Source: an uncultured virus (IMG/VR IMGVR_UViG_3300022198_000011) (Duplodnaviria > Heunggongvirae > Uroviricota > Caudoviricetes). Taken from it: a DNA stretch of 20,000 nucleotides. The notes beneath the pieces are model-generated. The model saw nothing but the letters and a program-made list of their open reading frames with translations. It made no database searches and had not been told where the DNA came from. The translations under genes and the position numbers were made by a program. Positions 1 to 11,600 of the stretch are shown here, one piece after another (the first letter of the stretch is position 1; every line of letters begins with the position of its first letter). The stretch lies in IMG/VR virus record IMGVR_UViG_3300022198_000011; one strand, 5' to 3'.

Positions 1-2
1 TC

Positions 3-3000
3 AAAGCCATGGGCGGGACCTTCTTACCGAGTTTTAGCAACGCCATGAAGCAAGACCGTTACGGGTGGCGGGAACTTGAAGGCGCTAACATTGTCGACTA
101 TGCGCAAGGAGGTGGAGGCATCGCTCTCAATTCGTCCTTCATCACCGTCGACATTGGTAGCAATCCTGACGATGGTTACAACATTCCTGAAACGGGTTGG
201 ATTCGCACCACTAACTCGTTTGCTACAACTATCCTCGGAGAGAACTCACCGGCCTTTGCTCCCTATCACAGCCGCATCGTCCTGTATGTCGGTGGTAGTT
301 ACAAAGTCAAGTTCTTCCTTGGACAGAATCGAATCAGCGGTTACGGTGCTTTTGAGAGTGTAGCGACATGGGATAACTACCTTGACGGTAACCCGTTGAC
401 CTACCCAACGCTGGGCTCCGGTGTATCGGGACTAAAACTGTATGTGTGGGTTAAGGCAGGTGTCCACCAATGGAGGAATACGACGAGGGTGAGCGGTTAT
501 GGACAAGTCCACTTCAACGGCCTCGTTGACGCTATTGACCGAACTAAACCCGTTGGTGTTGCAGGTTGGGCTGGTGAGCGCTATTCCTATCTCAACACAC
601 TGAGTGGTGGGCTTAGCGGACAATATGCTGCTGGTTTGGGAGCATGGCACGCTTCGCTTGGTTTCTCACCCTACGGTGGAAGCATGGGCTGCGCCAGCGT
701 GCTCGGCCATCTACCGAACATCACCCCCATGCCGAACAGTCCTGAATCTGCACCACCGAACAACGGTTCAGATGGGTTGGCTACCTTCCCCTCCAATAGC
801 AACCCCGATGCGCCGCAAGACCGCTACGATATGGGAACAGACTCAGGTTCCTACACCCTCGCCTTTACCGACAGTAGCGACTTCAACACACCGCCCATTA
901 TGGAAAACGAGCCTGAGATGCAGAAAGAACTCACTCACATGCAAGGTGTGTTCTCCCGTGCGATGCTTGTTATCTCTCATGAGTCAGAATTGGCTCTTGT
1001 CGCCAAGACGGACCGTGACGGGCAAAAGAGCGTTGGTGACTGGCTGCGTCTTGTCGACGCTGCTGATGTCACTAAGGCGGGCACAGTGCGCTGGGACGAC
1101 CGCATTCACGGTCAAGACCGCTTCTATGCTCCAGCGCACGCAGGCCCGAATGTCGAGGCACTCATCCACAATGCAACTTCTCGTCCAACTATCTCAGATT
1201 ACACTGTTACGAACGCTTTGGACGGCGCTCCATTTGACGCAGAGTTCTCACTTCATCCGCCGATTACTGCTGAGAGTGACTTGGAAAACGCTGAGCCCTG
1301 CTTTACGAAAACCGGCGACCTCTTTTTTGACCTTGACAAGAGCATCGGCTCCCACTTCTCAGCCAGCGCAGGGGCGCAACGGAATGTTGCTGCTAACTTC
1401 TATGCTTCCGCATCTGTCCAACCTTCTACACTGTTTGGTGGGACGAAGCAAAAAAACACCTTTTGGGTCGGAGATGTCAACGCTTACGAGATGTATGCTC
1501 GCTCCCCTGCTAAGAACTTCAACATTGAGCATGTTGTGTGGAAACGAATGGACGGTGGTAGCCTCTCGATGCCTGCCGTCAACGCTCGTGGACTTGGTGC
1601 TGTGCCTTGGGTGAACCGTGTCAGCGGCGGTGTAGGCTACACTACGGGTGAGAAGTTGCTTGGGAATGTCCGTTTCTCTTTTGAGACAACGAACAGCGCT
1701 ATGTTACCTGTCCTGCAAGCGCAGGAACTGGCGCATCCGCAACTGGCTGAAAAGCACCGTATCAAACTACAGAATGTGCTTGAGATTCCCAACGAGCATC
1801 TGCAGTTTGAAGAGATGGAAGTCATTGACGACACGGGACAAACACACACGCTTAGCGGCGGCTCGCCACTCGGTGTGGTCATTCGTGCCTTCCGTGCTGC
1901 TGGTGAGCGCCTCGCCAGCGGTTTGGCTCCTTCGGTAGCCAACACCTCAACCTCGCCAAACCTCGTGGTCCAACTTCCTGACCCTGAGTCCATCCCCGGT
2001 AACATCCTTGTCCGCAGCGGATTTGACCGGCTGCAAGCCTATCAAAACGAGACAATGGGCGACGGCGGTATGATTCACCCCGACCTTGGTGCGAGCCACC
2101 TCGGACATCTGTTTGACAACGCCATCAGCGGACCGCGCTACGGTCCGACCATGAACGAAGTGGGTTGGGAGCACATCGCTGAAGGTAGTGCCTTCCCCGA
2201 CAGCACGAAGAACGGATGGGTTGAAACTACCGGTAACCGCCCACTGCAGTCGTCTTACGAATTGCACGACCGCACGCTCTTCTTCCATGTCACAAAGATG
2301 GGGCACAGCCACACGGACCGCTTCCCAACCGTCTACACGCACAGCAACGGCGTTGAGACGCAAAGCCTCACCGTGTCTTCTTACAGCAGCGGTGTGTTGA
2401 CCGCTTCAGCCACCATCAACAGCCGTGTTTTTGATGCAGCGTTTGCTTCCAAAGAAGTTAGCGACAACCGTCGTTTCTTGCGCCTTTCAAGCAGCGGCGA
2501 CTCGTGCGTAGTGTCCTACACGGGCATAAGCGGCGACACCTTCACTGGCGTGGTTGGTGACATTGACTTCACCGAGTTTATCGCAGCCAATCCAAGCGCC
2601 ACCATCACACCCTCCTACTACATCCCTGCTGGTAGCACTCGCTTCTTTGCAGCACGCCGCTTGCGTGACCACGCCGAAGTGAGCGGTAACAGCCCTGACA
2701 TGGCTCATACTGAATACATCACCGGCACTGCGTTGCTGGCTCACACACGCTACAGCAAACCGCAACTCACACCAATGCCGATGCCTCGTATGGGACATCA
2801 CTTCGTTAACGCTACGATGCCGATGCTACCCGGTCACTGGGCTCATCCTGCTTACCAAGGCCTCTACGGCAAGCACGAGGCCGAGCGCAGAGCGACACTC
2901 CAAGATGCCGACCTCATCCGTCTACTGGAGAATGTGGACCCAACCACGACAACCCTACCGGCCAGCGTCACCGACTACCTACACCCTCTCAACCCGCAAC

Positions 3001-6000
3001 TGCGCATCGGTAGTCTGACCGCTACGCCGAGCGGTCCCAGCGACATCCATGGTGGGGCCTTCACGCTGATGTTTGAAACAAAGGTGCGCTTTGATGGCTA
3101 CGGCGTCCTCGCATCCAAGGGCGATGCTGGCGACATCAACAAAGCCGGTGGCCACTCCATCGTGCTTGAGGCAGGAGCCAACTACACGCAGGACGGACAC
3201 TTCCCTGACCCTGCCGAGGTTGGTGCCTATCAAATTGTCATCCAGCCTAACCTGCGTAAGCAACAACTTACTGGCTTCCATCATAACAACAGTGACGCTT
3301 CAGCCTTACCCGACGGCACTGCTCGTGAACTCACCGGTCAACAAGTGCACCTCGTGGTCGGCATCAAGTATGACAGCGAGCGAGGGACGGCGATTGGTGC
3401 GGCGACTCTCATCCTTTCTGAAGCGACGCTTGCTGATGTGCGCGGCTGCGAGATTTTCGTCAACGAGGTCATCCTTGACCACGACCCTGACCACGGCAGT
3501 CAGTTTAGCAATCTCCCACCGATGCTGCTTTACAACGCATTGGGTGTGCAGGGTAGCGAATCGCCCACTTTCACTCGTCGCTCTCACCCCTATCACACGA
3601 GCATGTTCGTTGACGCCACACCCGGTTACACATTGAACATCCCATGGTGGAGCATTTTGCACAAAAACTCCCCCGATGACGCTACGGCCACAGGTTTCCG
3701 CCATCTCGCCCTCTATCGTCTTGACAACTACTACGAGTTCTGTCGTGCCTCTCATGGAGCACTTGGCGCTCAGTTGACGCTTGGTGGCTATCCCTCCATT
3801 AGCCCTGACATCTACTCCAAGGTGCTGGCTAACACCTCCATTTCACCTGTCGCCACGGTGCAGAGCACGGGCGTTGGTTACATTCAGGTCGATGACGCTT
3901 CGTTGTTCCCTGAAGTGCCCTACTACGGTCAACAACTGGTCTACACCGATAATGACGGTGTGACTCAGACGCTGTCTTACACCAAACGCACAGGCTTGAC
4001 TTACAGTAGCGGAACAATGAACCAACCCTATCGTTTCATCACGACTGCTTTGAGTTTGCCGAGTGCGGGCACCGTGCTCCGCTTAAGTCGACCTTACAGT
4101 CGTGAAGTTTCGACTTCGCTATTGACCAAGTCGCAAGGTGTTTTGTCGCTTAATCTCGACCAGTTGCGTGGTGGGACACGAGATACGAACAGTCTCTACA
4201 CTCCTGACGCATTCGTTTGCGCATGGCATCCAAACCTCGGTCGACCCCATACTTTCTACTCCGACAGCAGCCGAACATGGGGCGACGCTACTGATGACCG
4301 GGCTGTAGACAAAGCGGCCTACAACAGCATGCCTGAACACTTTGAGACGGTGCATTATCACGGCGTCAACTACGCCGCCAGCCTTGGTCCGTTCCACCTC
4401 GATTTCAAGACGCCCGAGCCACCCAGTCAGTTCTCAGGCACTTTCCAATCAGCGGCCGGTTCACCTTCCACCATCACGATGAATGCTGATGTCAGTAGCG
4501 ACGGGGCTTCAGCAGGCGATTACATTTTTGTCGAAGGTAAGGTGTTGGGTAAAATTGCAGGCGGTGGAATAAGCGGTGTGAACATTGTTCTGACTACAGA
4601 CATCCTCTTTACACCGGCCGTTGGGTCCAAGGTCTACTTTGGCGCTGACGGAACAGCAGAGACGGCTGCTAACATTCACATTATGTCGGGTTATCAAGCG
4701 CAAGGCAGCAACACTGTCATGCTCAGTCACTATTGGCCAAGCGGTAGCCGTGGCGGACCACTCGTCAGTCGTCTTGACGGCTATGCTGCTTGGTCTGCTG
4801 CGTGGAATCTACCAGCCCTCTACGAAGCAGGCGGCGGTAAGCATTGGGAAGACACTGGCGATGCTGCTTCTTATACTGCGAGCGACGGCATCGGCATCGC
4901 ATCGAGTCTTGTGAGCACCCGCTCTTATCCATTCGGCTACCGATTCGGTCTGCGTCAACCGTGGAACCGCCCTCAATGGGGACACTACGGCATGCGTGCC
5001 TTCACTGAATCCTCCTATAGTAGCAGCAACCTGACCCTCGGTTACAAGCCCGGTCCACTGGTCGAATACGAATCGCAAGATTGGAATTACGCTGGTGGTG
5101 CTGGTTTGACCCCAAAAACGCTACCAACGACCTATGTTGGCGTTATGGAAAGGCAGACCAACTTTAGTGGTATGCTCGGGCCCGACAAACCTGAATGGCA
5201 GGTGCGCTACAGCGACGGTCGCCGCATGACTCGCTCGTTTGGCTGTCCTGTTCGCATCATTCGCAACAATGCTGACGCTCCTCGTGACTGGTGGGGTGAT
5301 AGCCAAGGTCTTGGTATCGGCACCATTGAAGGTGCGGCGGGCTACTATCTTGTCGACTGGTGGGGCAACACTCGCGGTGAAGATGTCCGCAAAGCACCGG
5401 TGCGTGGCTTCGGCATCCGTCCTGCTTGGGACGCAGGCGACGCATACGAATACGACCGCACTTACGGTCGTTCACCTTACGCTCGGTTGTGGAACGGAGG
5501 TAAGCCGATTGTCAACTTCAAAGGTGTCGTTGACCCTCTTACGGGCAAAGTGTTGAGCAGCCCAACTGAAGTCATTCCACGCTTTGGTGGTCGACTCAAT
5601 GACACAAACAACAACAACGCCTTCGTCCTTGTCGATGTCTTTGCCCCAACCAACGCCATGCGTGTCGGCGACATGGGTGGTGGGCGTGGTGTGCGTTATC
5701 CAACGCAGTTCAACGAGGATGTTCTAACCGAATTAAGCGCCGTCTACGAAGGTTCGGGCGTCGTTCTCTCGCATCACACGGCTGAGCCAACCTTCGGTCA
5801 AGGGTTGCTGCGACCTCGTGATGATGTGCTGCAGCCCGACGAAGTCAAGCGTGGTATCAGTGGTCGCCTTGAAATTGCTGAGGACGGTTTGCTTAAGCCC
5901 GAGGCTGCAGTCAGCGACCGTGTCGAGAGCATCACCGGCACCTCGGTGCACAAAGAGCCAATCTCTCGCTCCTCGCCCCGTATCGGTATTGACGCTGACA

Positions 6001-6878
6001 CGCTTGAGTCCTTCTCCACCGGCATCAATGCCGACATGGTCGCCATCAACAGTGAGGCTCATAGCCTGCACACTGACCGTGGTGTTGGGCAGCGTATCGT
6101 CCTGCAGGGTGGATTGCAGTCAGGTTCGCAGACGCTGGAAGACTATGACCTAACGAGCCTCTCCTTCGCTGCTCAACCTCAAGGCGGGGTCATGCGTTTT
6201 AGCCACACTGGTAACATCAAGCCCATGGGCGGCACCTACATCCTTGAGTCCCGCTCGTTCGTCAACCCATTCGATGACACCGGTTGGGGTCGCAGCGGTT
6301 CGGGCACAACCAGCAATCCATATCAGACCACGACAAGCACGACGACACCTCATAACCTCACGGACACGACAGTGCGATTCATGTTGCGTCCGGTGCGTCT
6401 GCTGGACAACCAACACATCGAAGTCTTCCGCCCTGTTCGCGCTGTCGCCAGCGGCACACCTCAATACGGAAGCACCTTCTACACCGCCACTGCTGGCGGC
6501 AAGTATGGGCTCTTCACCTACGAGTCCACCAACGCCTCAGCGGGCTCTTACATGCGTGCAACGGTGCCTGACGGAAACGCTCCTTACCAGCCCGTTTATT
6601 TGATGGAAAGCAGTAGCGACACTGTGCCGGTGTCGAAGGGTCCGAAACTCCCCGGTTCGGCGATGCCTACATTCGACACCGGCACACTCAAGTCCACAGT
6701 GACTCGTTTGCTCATCAGCGAGAACACGCTGCAGCACTATCGCAGCGACGCTCCTCGTCGCACAGGTAGCGGTAAGGACTACTCAGTCAAGCCCCGCTTC
6801 AGTCAGTCTCTGCATAGCAAGGGACACAAGGCCGATGTGACTTACAACACATCCGACCACAGTGGTGATGCTCCGTGA
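3..6878 (+). CDS. Giant virion structural/tail-associated protein, probably 5'-partial (>2290 aa)
   Basis: The frame is open from nt 3 (AAA GCC ATG), so the true start may lie upstream. The protein is Gly/Ser/Thr/Asp-rich and beta-type, with modules resembling phage structural proteins (IQVDDASLFP...SYTKRTG, SYTGISGDTFTGV). It is coupled by a GTGA overlap to the downstream tail genes. Function is inferred from context. Confidence 0.7.
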   Translation, partial: KAMGGTFLPSFSNAMKQDRYGWRELEGANIVDYAQGGGGIALNSSFITVDIGSNPDDGYNIPETGWIRTTNSFATTILGENSPAFAPYHSRIVLYVGGSYKVKFFLGQNRISGYGAFESVATWDNYLDGNPLTYPTLGSGVSGLKLYVWVKAGVHQWRNTTRVSGYGQVHFNGLVDAIDRTKPVGVAGWAGERYSYLNTLSGGLSGQYAAGLGAWHASLGFSPYGGSMGCASVLGHLPNITPMPNSPESAPPNNGSDGLATFPSNSNPDAPQDRYDMGTDSGSYTLAFTDSSDFNTPPIMENEPEMQKELTHMQGVFSRAMLVISHESELALVAKTDRDGQKSVGDWLRLVDAADVTKAGTVRWDDRIHGQDRFYAPAHAGPNVEALIHNATSRPTISDYTVTNALDGAPFDAEFSLHPPITAESDLENAEPCFTKTGDLFFDLDKSIGSHFSASAGAQRNVAANFYASASVQPSTLFGGTKQKNTFWVGDVNAYEMYARSPAKNFNIEHVVWKRMDGGSLSMPAVNARGLGAVPWVNRVSGGVGYTTGEKLLGNVRFSFETTNSAMLPVLQAQELAHPQLAEKHRIKLQNVLEIPNEHLQFEEMEVIDDTGQTHTLSGGSPLGVVIRAFRAAGERLASGLAPSVANTSTSPNLVVQLPDPESIPGNILVRSGFDRLQAYQNETMGDGGMIHPDLGASHLGHLFDNAISGPRYGPTMNEVGWEHIAEGSAFPDSTKNGWVETTGNRPLQSSYELHDRTLFFHVTKMGHSHTDRFPTVYTHSNGVETQSLTVSSYSSGVLTASATINSRVFDAAFASKEVSDNRRFLRLSSSGDSCVVSYTGISGDTFTGVVGDIDFTEFIAANPSATITPSYYIPAGSTRFFAARRLRDHAEVSGNSPDMAHTEYITGTALLAHTRYSKPQLTPMPMPRMGHHFVNATMPMLPGHWAHPAYQGLYGKHEAERRATLQDADLIRLLENVDPTTTTLPASVTDYLHPLNPQLRIGSLTATPSGPSDIHGGAFTLMFETKVRFDGYGVLASKGDAGDINKAGGHSIVLEAGANYTQDGHFPDPAEVGAYQIVIQPNLRKQQLTGFHHNNSDASALPDGTARELTGQQVHLVVGIKYDSERGTAIGAATLILSEATLADVRGCEIFVNEVILDHDPDHGSQFSNLPPMLLYNALGVQGSESPTFTRRSHPYHTSMFVDATPGYTLNIPWWSILHKNSPDDATATGFRHLALYRLDNYYEFCRASHGALGAQLTLGGYPSISPDIYSKVLANTSISPVATVQSTGVGYIQVDDASLFPEVPYYGQQLVYTDNDGVTQTLSYTKRTGLTYSSGTMNQPYRFITTALSLPSAGTVLRLSRPYSREVSTSLLTKSQGVLSLNLDQLRGGTRDTNSLYTPDAFVCAWHPNLGRPHTFYSDSSRTWGDATDDRAVDKAAYNSMPEHFETVHYHGVNYAASLGPFHLDFKTPEPPSQFSGTFQSAAGSPSTITMNADVSSDGASAGDYIFVEGKVLGKIAGGGISGVNIVLTTDILFTPAVGSKVYFGADGTAETAANIHIMSGYQAQGSNTVMLSHYWPSGSRGGPLVSRLDGYAAWSAAWNLPALYEAGGGKHWEDTGDAASYTASDGIGIASSLVSTRSYPFGYRFGLRQPWNRPQWGHYGMRAFTESSYSSSNLTLGYKPGPLVEYESQDWNYAGGAGLTPKTLPTTYVGVMERQTNFSGMLGPDKPEWQVRYSDGRRMTRSFGCPVRIIRNNADAPRDWWGDSQGLGIGTIEGAAGYYLVDWWGNTRGEDVRKAPVRGFGIRPAWDAGDAYEYDRTYGRSPYARLWNGGKPIVNFKGVVDPLTGKVLSSPTEVIPRFGGRLNDTNNNNAFVLVDVFAPTNAMRVGDMGGGRGVRYPTQFNEDVLTELSAVYEGSGVVLSHHTAEPTFGQGLLRPRDDVLQPDEVKRGISGRLEIAEDGLLKPEAAVSDRVESITGTSVHKEPISRSSPRIGIDADTLESFSTGINADMVAINSEAHSLHTDRGVGQRIVLQGGLQSGSQTLEDYDLTSLSFAAQPQGGVMRFSHTGNIKPMGGTYILESRSFVNPFDDTGWGRSGSGTTSNPYQTTTSTTTPHNLTDTTVRFMLRPVRLLDNQHIEVFRPVRAVASGTPQYGSTFYTATAGGKYGLFTYESTNASAGSYMRATVPDGNAPYQPVYLMESSSDTVPVSKGPKLPGSAMPTFDTGTLKSTVTRLLISENTLQHYRSDAPRRTGSGKDYSVKPRFSQSLHSKGHKADVTYNTSDHSGDAP

Positions 6879-8284
6879 CCTTCCTCGCACAGCAACGCAC
6901 GACCGGTGACACCGATGTCGTGATGAAACAAGTGCGCAAGCCAGTCTTCGTCGACAACGCAGTGCACCTTGGTGAAATTGCTATGCAGGGCACAACGCAG
7001 GCTAAGGTCACCGTCAAGCAACGCAAGACCTCAACCTACGCTGTCGCATCAACGCACTCTTACACCATCGACGAGCGTCAAGACAGTGTCGTTTTGACTC
7101 ACACATCAACGCCGGGTCACACTTCACAAAATCGCATCTTCTACATGCGTAGCGATGCTGCTTCAAATAGTCCGAGGATGTTGTATTCTATAGACCAGCA
7201 GACTGAGCGCCTGTCACTCGGTAGTCACTCCACTGGAAACAAGGGTTCTGTTTTTGCAGTGCGGAACATGAAAGGCAAAACGCTCAGTGAACTGGGCTTC
7301 AACAGCACGGCAGGTTACGCAGCGCAGCCAATTGATGTCGGTTTCCGCACGACCGACATGGCCATGCGTCTTGGTCGTGACATCGCTGATACGCTCACCT
7401 CGGTCAACATCGCACTTCCGCTCACTCCCAGCAACTCCAGCGGTGACCGTCGCCGTCACAGCACCCGCTTTATCGCTACCGACTTCTACGGAGTCAACCT
7501 CGTCACGGCGTTGCGTTTCCTTGGGCGTCATGACAATCGCATCATCTACTTTGAGCGCTTTGGTAGCCTGCTCTATGTGCCGTTCAACTTCGGTGAAAGC
7601 GGTCGTTTCGTCGACGCTAACAACAGGACCGGGCCTGCTGGAACCAACCCAGTCGACAACACCAGCAACCGTGTTATCGTGCAAGGCACACCCCTCTCGG
7701 TCAACGATACCGCCTACGCCGAAGTCAGCGATGCTGAGCGACAGAGTGGTCGTGGTGGCGATGTGCAACAGGACCCGCAGGTCATTGAAGACTTCACGGT
7801 GCGAAACAACGAGGCGGCCCGTCGTGTTGCACGCAGCGTGTTGAAGGCCAACAACCTTCTCGCCGGTAACAAGACCAGTTCAGGTCACACCGCTTCATGG
7901 GACTTGCGACCGGGTAAAATCATCGAATATGAAGGACGCAACCGCATCCTCACCGAAGTGCGTCACAACCTTTCGGAGAACACCGCTGACCTTGTTTTCC
8001 TCACCGTTGACAGCGGCATTGAAGGCGTGCTGCAAGGCATTCTTGAGGGTGCTCAGAACACCGGCCGTCGGCCTGAAGTCGTCGAGCAGGTCATTGAACA
8101 AAACTTCTCGTTGTTTGGTGACATCGAAATTGTCACGGTTCCCATCATTACAATTCAGAATCACGGCCTCTCAGGGTTTATCATCGGTAAAGCCATGAAC
8201 AGGGGCGTGCTCGGTGGAAGTAGTGACGAAGAAACCCTCGGTGGTAGCAAGTCCACTCCAATCACATACAGAGGTGACGCATAA
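6875..8284 (+). CDS. Putative tail/baseplate hub-like protein (469 aa)
   Basis: GTG start overlaps the upstream stop (GTGA), with GGTGA SD 6 nt upstream. Motifs NRVIVQG, EAARRVARSVL and WDLRPGKIIEY resemble phage hub/late-control-D-like tail proteins. Confidence 0.6.
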   Translation: MTFLAQQRTTGDTDVVMKQVRKPVFVDNAVHLGEIAMQGTTQAKVTVKQRKTSTYAVASTHSYTIDERQDSVVLTHTSTPGHTSQNRIFYMRSDAASNSPRMLYSIDQQTERLSLGSHSTGNKGSVFAVRNMKGKTLSELGFNSTAGYAAQPIDVGFRTTDMAMRLGRDIADTLTSVNIALPLTPSNSSGDRRRHSTRFIATDFYGVNLVTALRFLGRHDNRIIYFERFGSLLYVPFNFGESGRFVDANNRTGPAGTNPVDNTSNRVIVQGTPLSVNDTAYAEVSDAERQSGRGGDVQQDPQVIEDFTVRNNEAARRVARSVLKANNLLAGNKTSSGHTASWDLRPGKIIEYEGRNRILTEVRHNLSENTADLVFLTVDSGIEGVLQGILEGAQNTGRRPEVVEQVIEQNFSLFGDIEIVTVPIITIQNHGLSGFIIGKAMNRGVLGGSSDEETLGGSKSTPITYRGDA

Positions 8285-8628
8285 TGCCGGTAAGCGACCA
8301 CATCAAACGGGCGCTGCTCGACACGATAGCGAGCAACATCAACGAGATGATTATAGGTTTCGATGGAACCCCATCTACGAGTTCTGATGGGGCCGCTGGT
8401 CGTCCAGCCATCACGCTCAATCCGACGGTGCGCATCGTCGACGACAACACCATCCTCGTTGAAGGTTTTATACCAGCATCGGAAGAGTTCACGGACTCCT
8501 TGAAAGAAGTCTATGTCCAGTTCCGTGGTTCAAACTCTTTCACGCCAGTCGCTCGGCACACGATTCTTCCTGTGCTTAAGACGACGCAAAACGAACTACG
8601 CATTCAATTGTTGATTGAGGTGAAATAG
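8284..8628 (+). CDS. Small tail collar/fibre-attachment-like protein (114 aa)
   Basis: TAATG overlap and GAGGTGA SD. The pattern MIIG...LKEVYV...VARHTILPVLKT..NELRIQLLIEV resembles phage tail-collar fibre N-terminal domains, and the gene lies directly upstream of the fibre gene. Confidence 0.55.
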   Translation: MPVSDHIKRALLDTIASNINEMIIGFDGTPSTSSDGAAGRPAITLNPTVRIVDDNTILVEGFIPASEEFTDSLKEVYVQFRGSNSFTPVARHTILPVLKTTQNELRIQLLIEVK

Positions 8629-8629
8629 A

Positions 8630-11600
8630 ATGACGATGACTACAGATAACCCCCTTTCGGGACACACAGACGGCGCTAACGATGGACTGACTGACGGAAG
8701 TCACATCCTCTCACCGTCCTTGACAAATCTCTACGAAGGCGTGCACGGCAACGGTATCTTGTTGCCGCACGATACGGCTTACGACGATAACGACCGCAAC
8801 GACCCACCCGACCTTCCCGGCGCTATCAGTGCGGGAGCGGGCGCCAACCAGTTCGTGGTCAAAGCGTGCGATGTCATTCTTGACGGCATCCTCTACGCCA
8901 TCGGCGGCGGCAGTGACATCACGGTCACGCTGACCAGCACGACCGCTGAGAAACTTGGCTCCTTCGTTGCACTCAATAGCGGCGAAGAGTGTCTTTTCGT
9001 AGTCGTTGCTACGGCTGATGGCCTCAAGATAACGCAAACGGTCAACATCACGACCGCTGCAGGAGCCTACCCCTCCATTTCAGGCACGGCTGCTTCTTAT
9101 CTCACCACCGGTAGCGGGGCTGGTGACAACCGTCAGACTATCGTGCTGGGCACAGTGCGTGCTGTCAACGCTGGTGGAGCGACCACGGGTGACTTGAACA
9201 TCGAATCTCTGTCTGAATACAACGACAAGCGCGTCTTCGTGCGCCCCTCGCCGCTTTACTTCTCCCCAGTGCGTGACGGCACCATCTCGGCAACCACGGG
9301 CATCAACAGCCACACAGCGCTACAGACGGTGCACACGGGTCAACCCGCTACTTTTGGCGACAACGGCATCGTATGGCAATCGTTTAACAGCGACGGCGAG
9401 TCGATGCTCTACTATAGCGCCAAAGACGGCAGCAACCGACACACTCATTTGCTCGGTCCTACCAACATTGATGTCTCCAGTCCAAGCACGAATCAAACCT
9501 TCACCTTTGACGGTAACCGGGTCTTCGTTCTAACAGCAAGCAGTGGTATCACGCTCAATCCCAGCGGCACCTTCCCACCGGGCCACACGGTCTTTGTCTC
9601 AGTGCCCAGCGGCAGCACCGTCACTTTTGACAGCACGGGGCTCAACCAAGCCATCACTGCAGGCAACGCCCTCATGTTCGCTTACGACGGCACCAATTGG
9701 AAGCGTGTGCTCTTCAGCAGCACCGTGGCTACCACCTCAAGCGGGACCAGCGGTCTTGTGCAACTCTCCGATGGTGCTGGTGGCTTCACCAGTGACTCAA
9801 CGCTCTCATACGACACAGCAGCCAACGAACTCACCGTTAACGGTAAATTGACCGTGACTGGGCTCATTGACCCTACCGGCTTAGTCGTCGACGAAAAGGC
9901 TGACACAGCGGCCACTGGTCATACATCGGTTGCTGGCAAGGGGTTGTATTGGGTCAAGAACGAAACACCCAACCGACCGATGTTCACCAATAACGCTAAC
10001 GCTGAGAAGAAGGTGATTATCGAGGGTGACAACATCAGCGAACTCAACAACGACGCTGGCTTTGTCGATGCTGCTGGCGCTGCGGCTGCTGCCGCTACCG
10101 ACCTTGCTTACGATGCTGCTTCAAAAACTGTGAGTAGCAGCACTGGGACGAACGCCACGCTGACTGAAGTGGTAGCCGGTGGTAACTCCGGCTTGATGAC
10201 AGGCGCTCAGGCTACCAAACTCGACGGTATCGAAGTGGGCGCAACAGCAGACCAAACGGCGGGTGAAATCAAGACGGCTTACGAGAGCAACGCCGACACC
10301 AACGCCTTTACGGATGCCGAGCAAACCAAACTTGCTGGTATCGCTACGGGCGCAGAAGTCAATGTCAATGCGGATTGGAATGCCGTGAGCGGCGATGCTG
10401 AAATCCTCAACAAGCCAACGGATGTGACCGACCTCTCAACGCACAGCGTGACTGAACTTAACGATGTGACCAACGCTGGAAGCGGAGCCATCATCACTTC
10501 AGCCGAGCGCACGAAACTGACAGGAATTGAAACAGGCGCAACGGCAGACCAAAATGCCGATGAGGTTCCTGTCGCCACACACTCTCCGACCAACTACACC
10601 GCCACTACCGCTGATGTTGAGGCTCACCTTGTTGGAATTGACAACGCACTTGCTTCTGCTGGTAGTGTATCATCCGTGTTCGGAAGGACGGGTGCGGTTG
10701 TTGCTACATCGGGAGATTACGACGATGGTGAAATCACCGCCGCCGCAAGTGCAACAAACTACACTCCTACCGCATCAACGGTTGAAGGTCACCTTGCTGG
10801 AATTGACACCGCGCTTGGCTCGGTTGGAACGCCATCGGGTGCGGCTGGTGCTATCCAATTCAGCGACGGTGTGGCTTTCGCCAGCGACAATGCGAACCTT
10901 CACTTTGACAACGCAAACAACAGACTTGGTTTAGGAACGGCCTCCCCGCAGGTTGCCCTTCATATTTCCAAAAACTCTTTAGACGAAATCCTCCGTATTG
11001 AATCCACCGACCCGACTCCGGGTTCTAACTCGGCTCCCGATGTCATCATTAAAAGTGCAAAACAAACCACAAACGATTATCTCGGAAGTCTATGGTGGTA
11101 TGGAAACAACGATGGTGCAAATCCCGAACCTTATGGCCGAATTGGAATGGTTTTAGACGACCCCACGGGCGGTGCGGAATCGGGTGCTATGTTTATCCAA
11201 TCCGATGTGGAAGGAACCCTTAGAACCATGATGTATTTAGAAGGTTATACCACAGGCGGAACGGGGCAAGTCGTCACCAATTATAACGCTAAAAACATCA
11301 ATTTCCGAACCTTAAACCTCGGAACGGGTGATGGTGGCCCCGGTGGATATGGTATTGCTCACGAAGCCTCCACAGGAAGAATCGGTATTGGAACGATTTC
11401 ACCCTCTCAAAAACTTCATGTGGACGGCACTATCCGACAAACTAACGCTACAAACGCTGTTCTTGTCGCTGACTCCAACGGTGACCTCGTTGCCGCAAGC
11501 AACCTTACTGACACCGCTTACTCAACGACAGACACGACAGATGCGGCGGCGGATGTTTATGCGGCAAACCCTGCTTATTGGGCAGGCCCTCCGCCAACAA

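Noticed and set aside
604..1614. 336-aa alternate-frame ORF inside the giant gene
   Set aside because: Arg/Thr/Leu/Ser-rich off-frame composition with no motif, fully nested in a long real ORF. The same applies to the other nested ORFs in the track.
10589..10828. Fibre repeat pair as a diversity-generating retroelement TR/VR
   Set aside because: Differences are not adenine-specific, both copies are in-frame coding, and there is no reverse transcriptase in the window.
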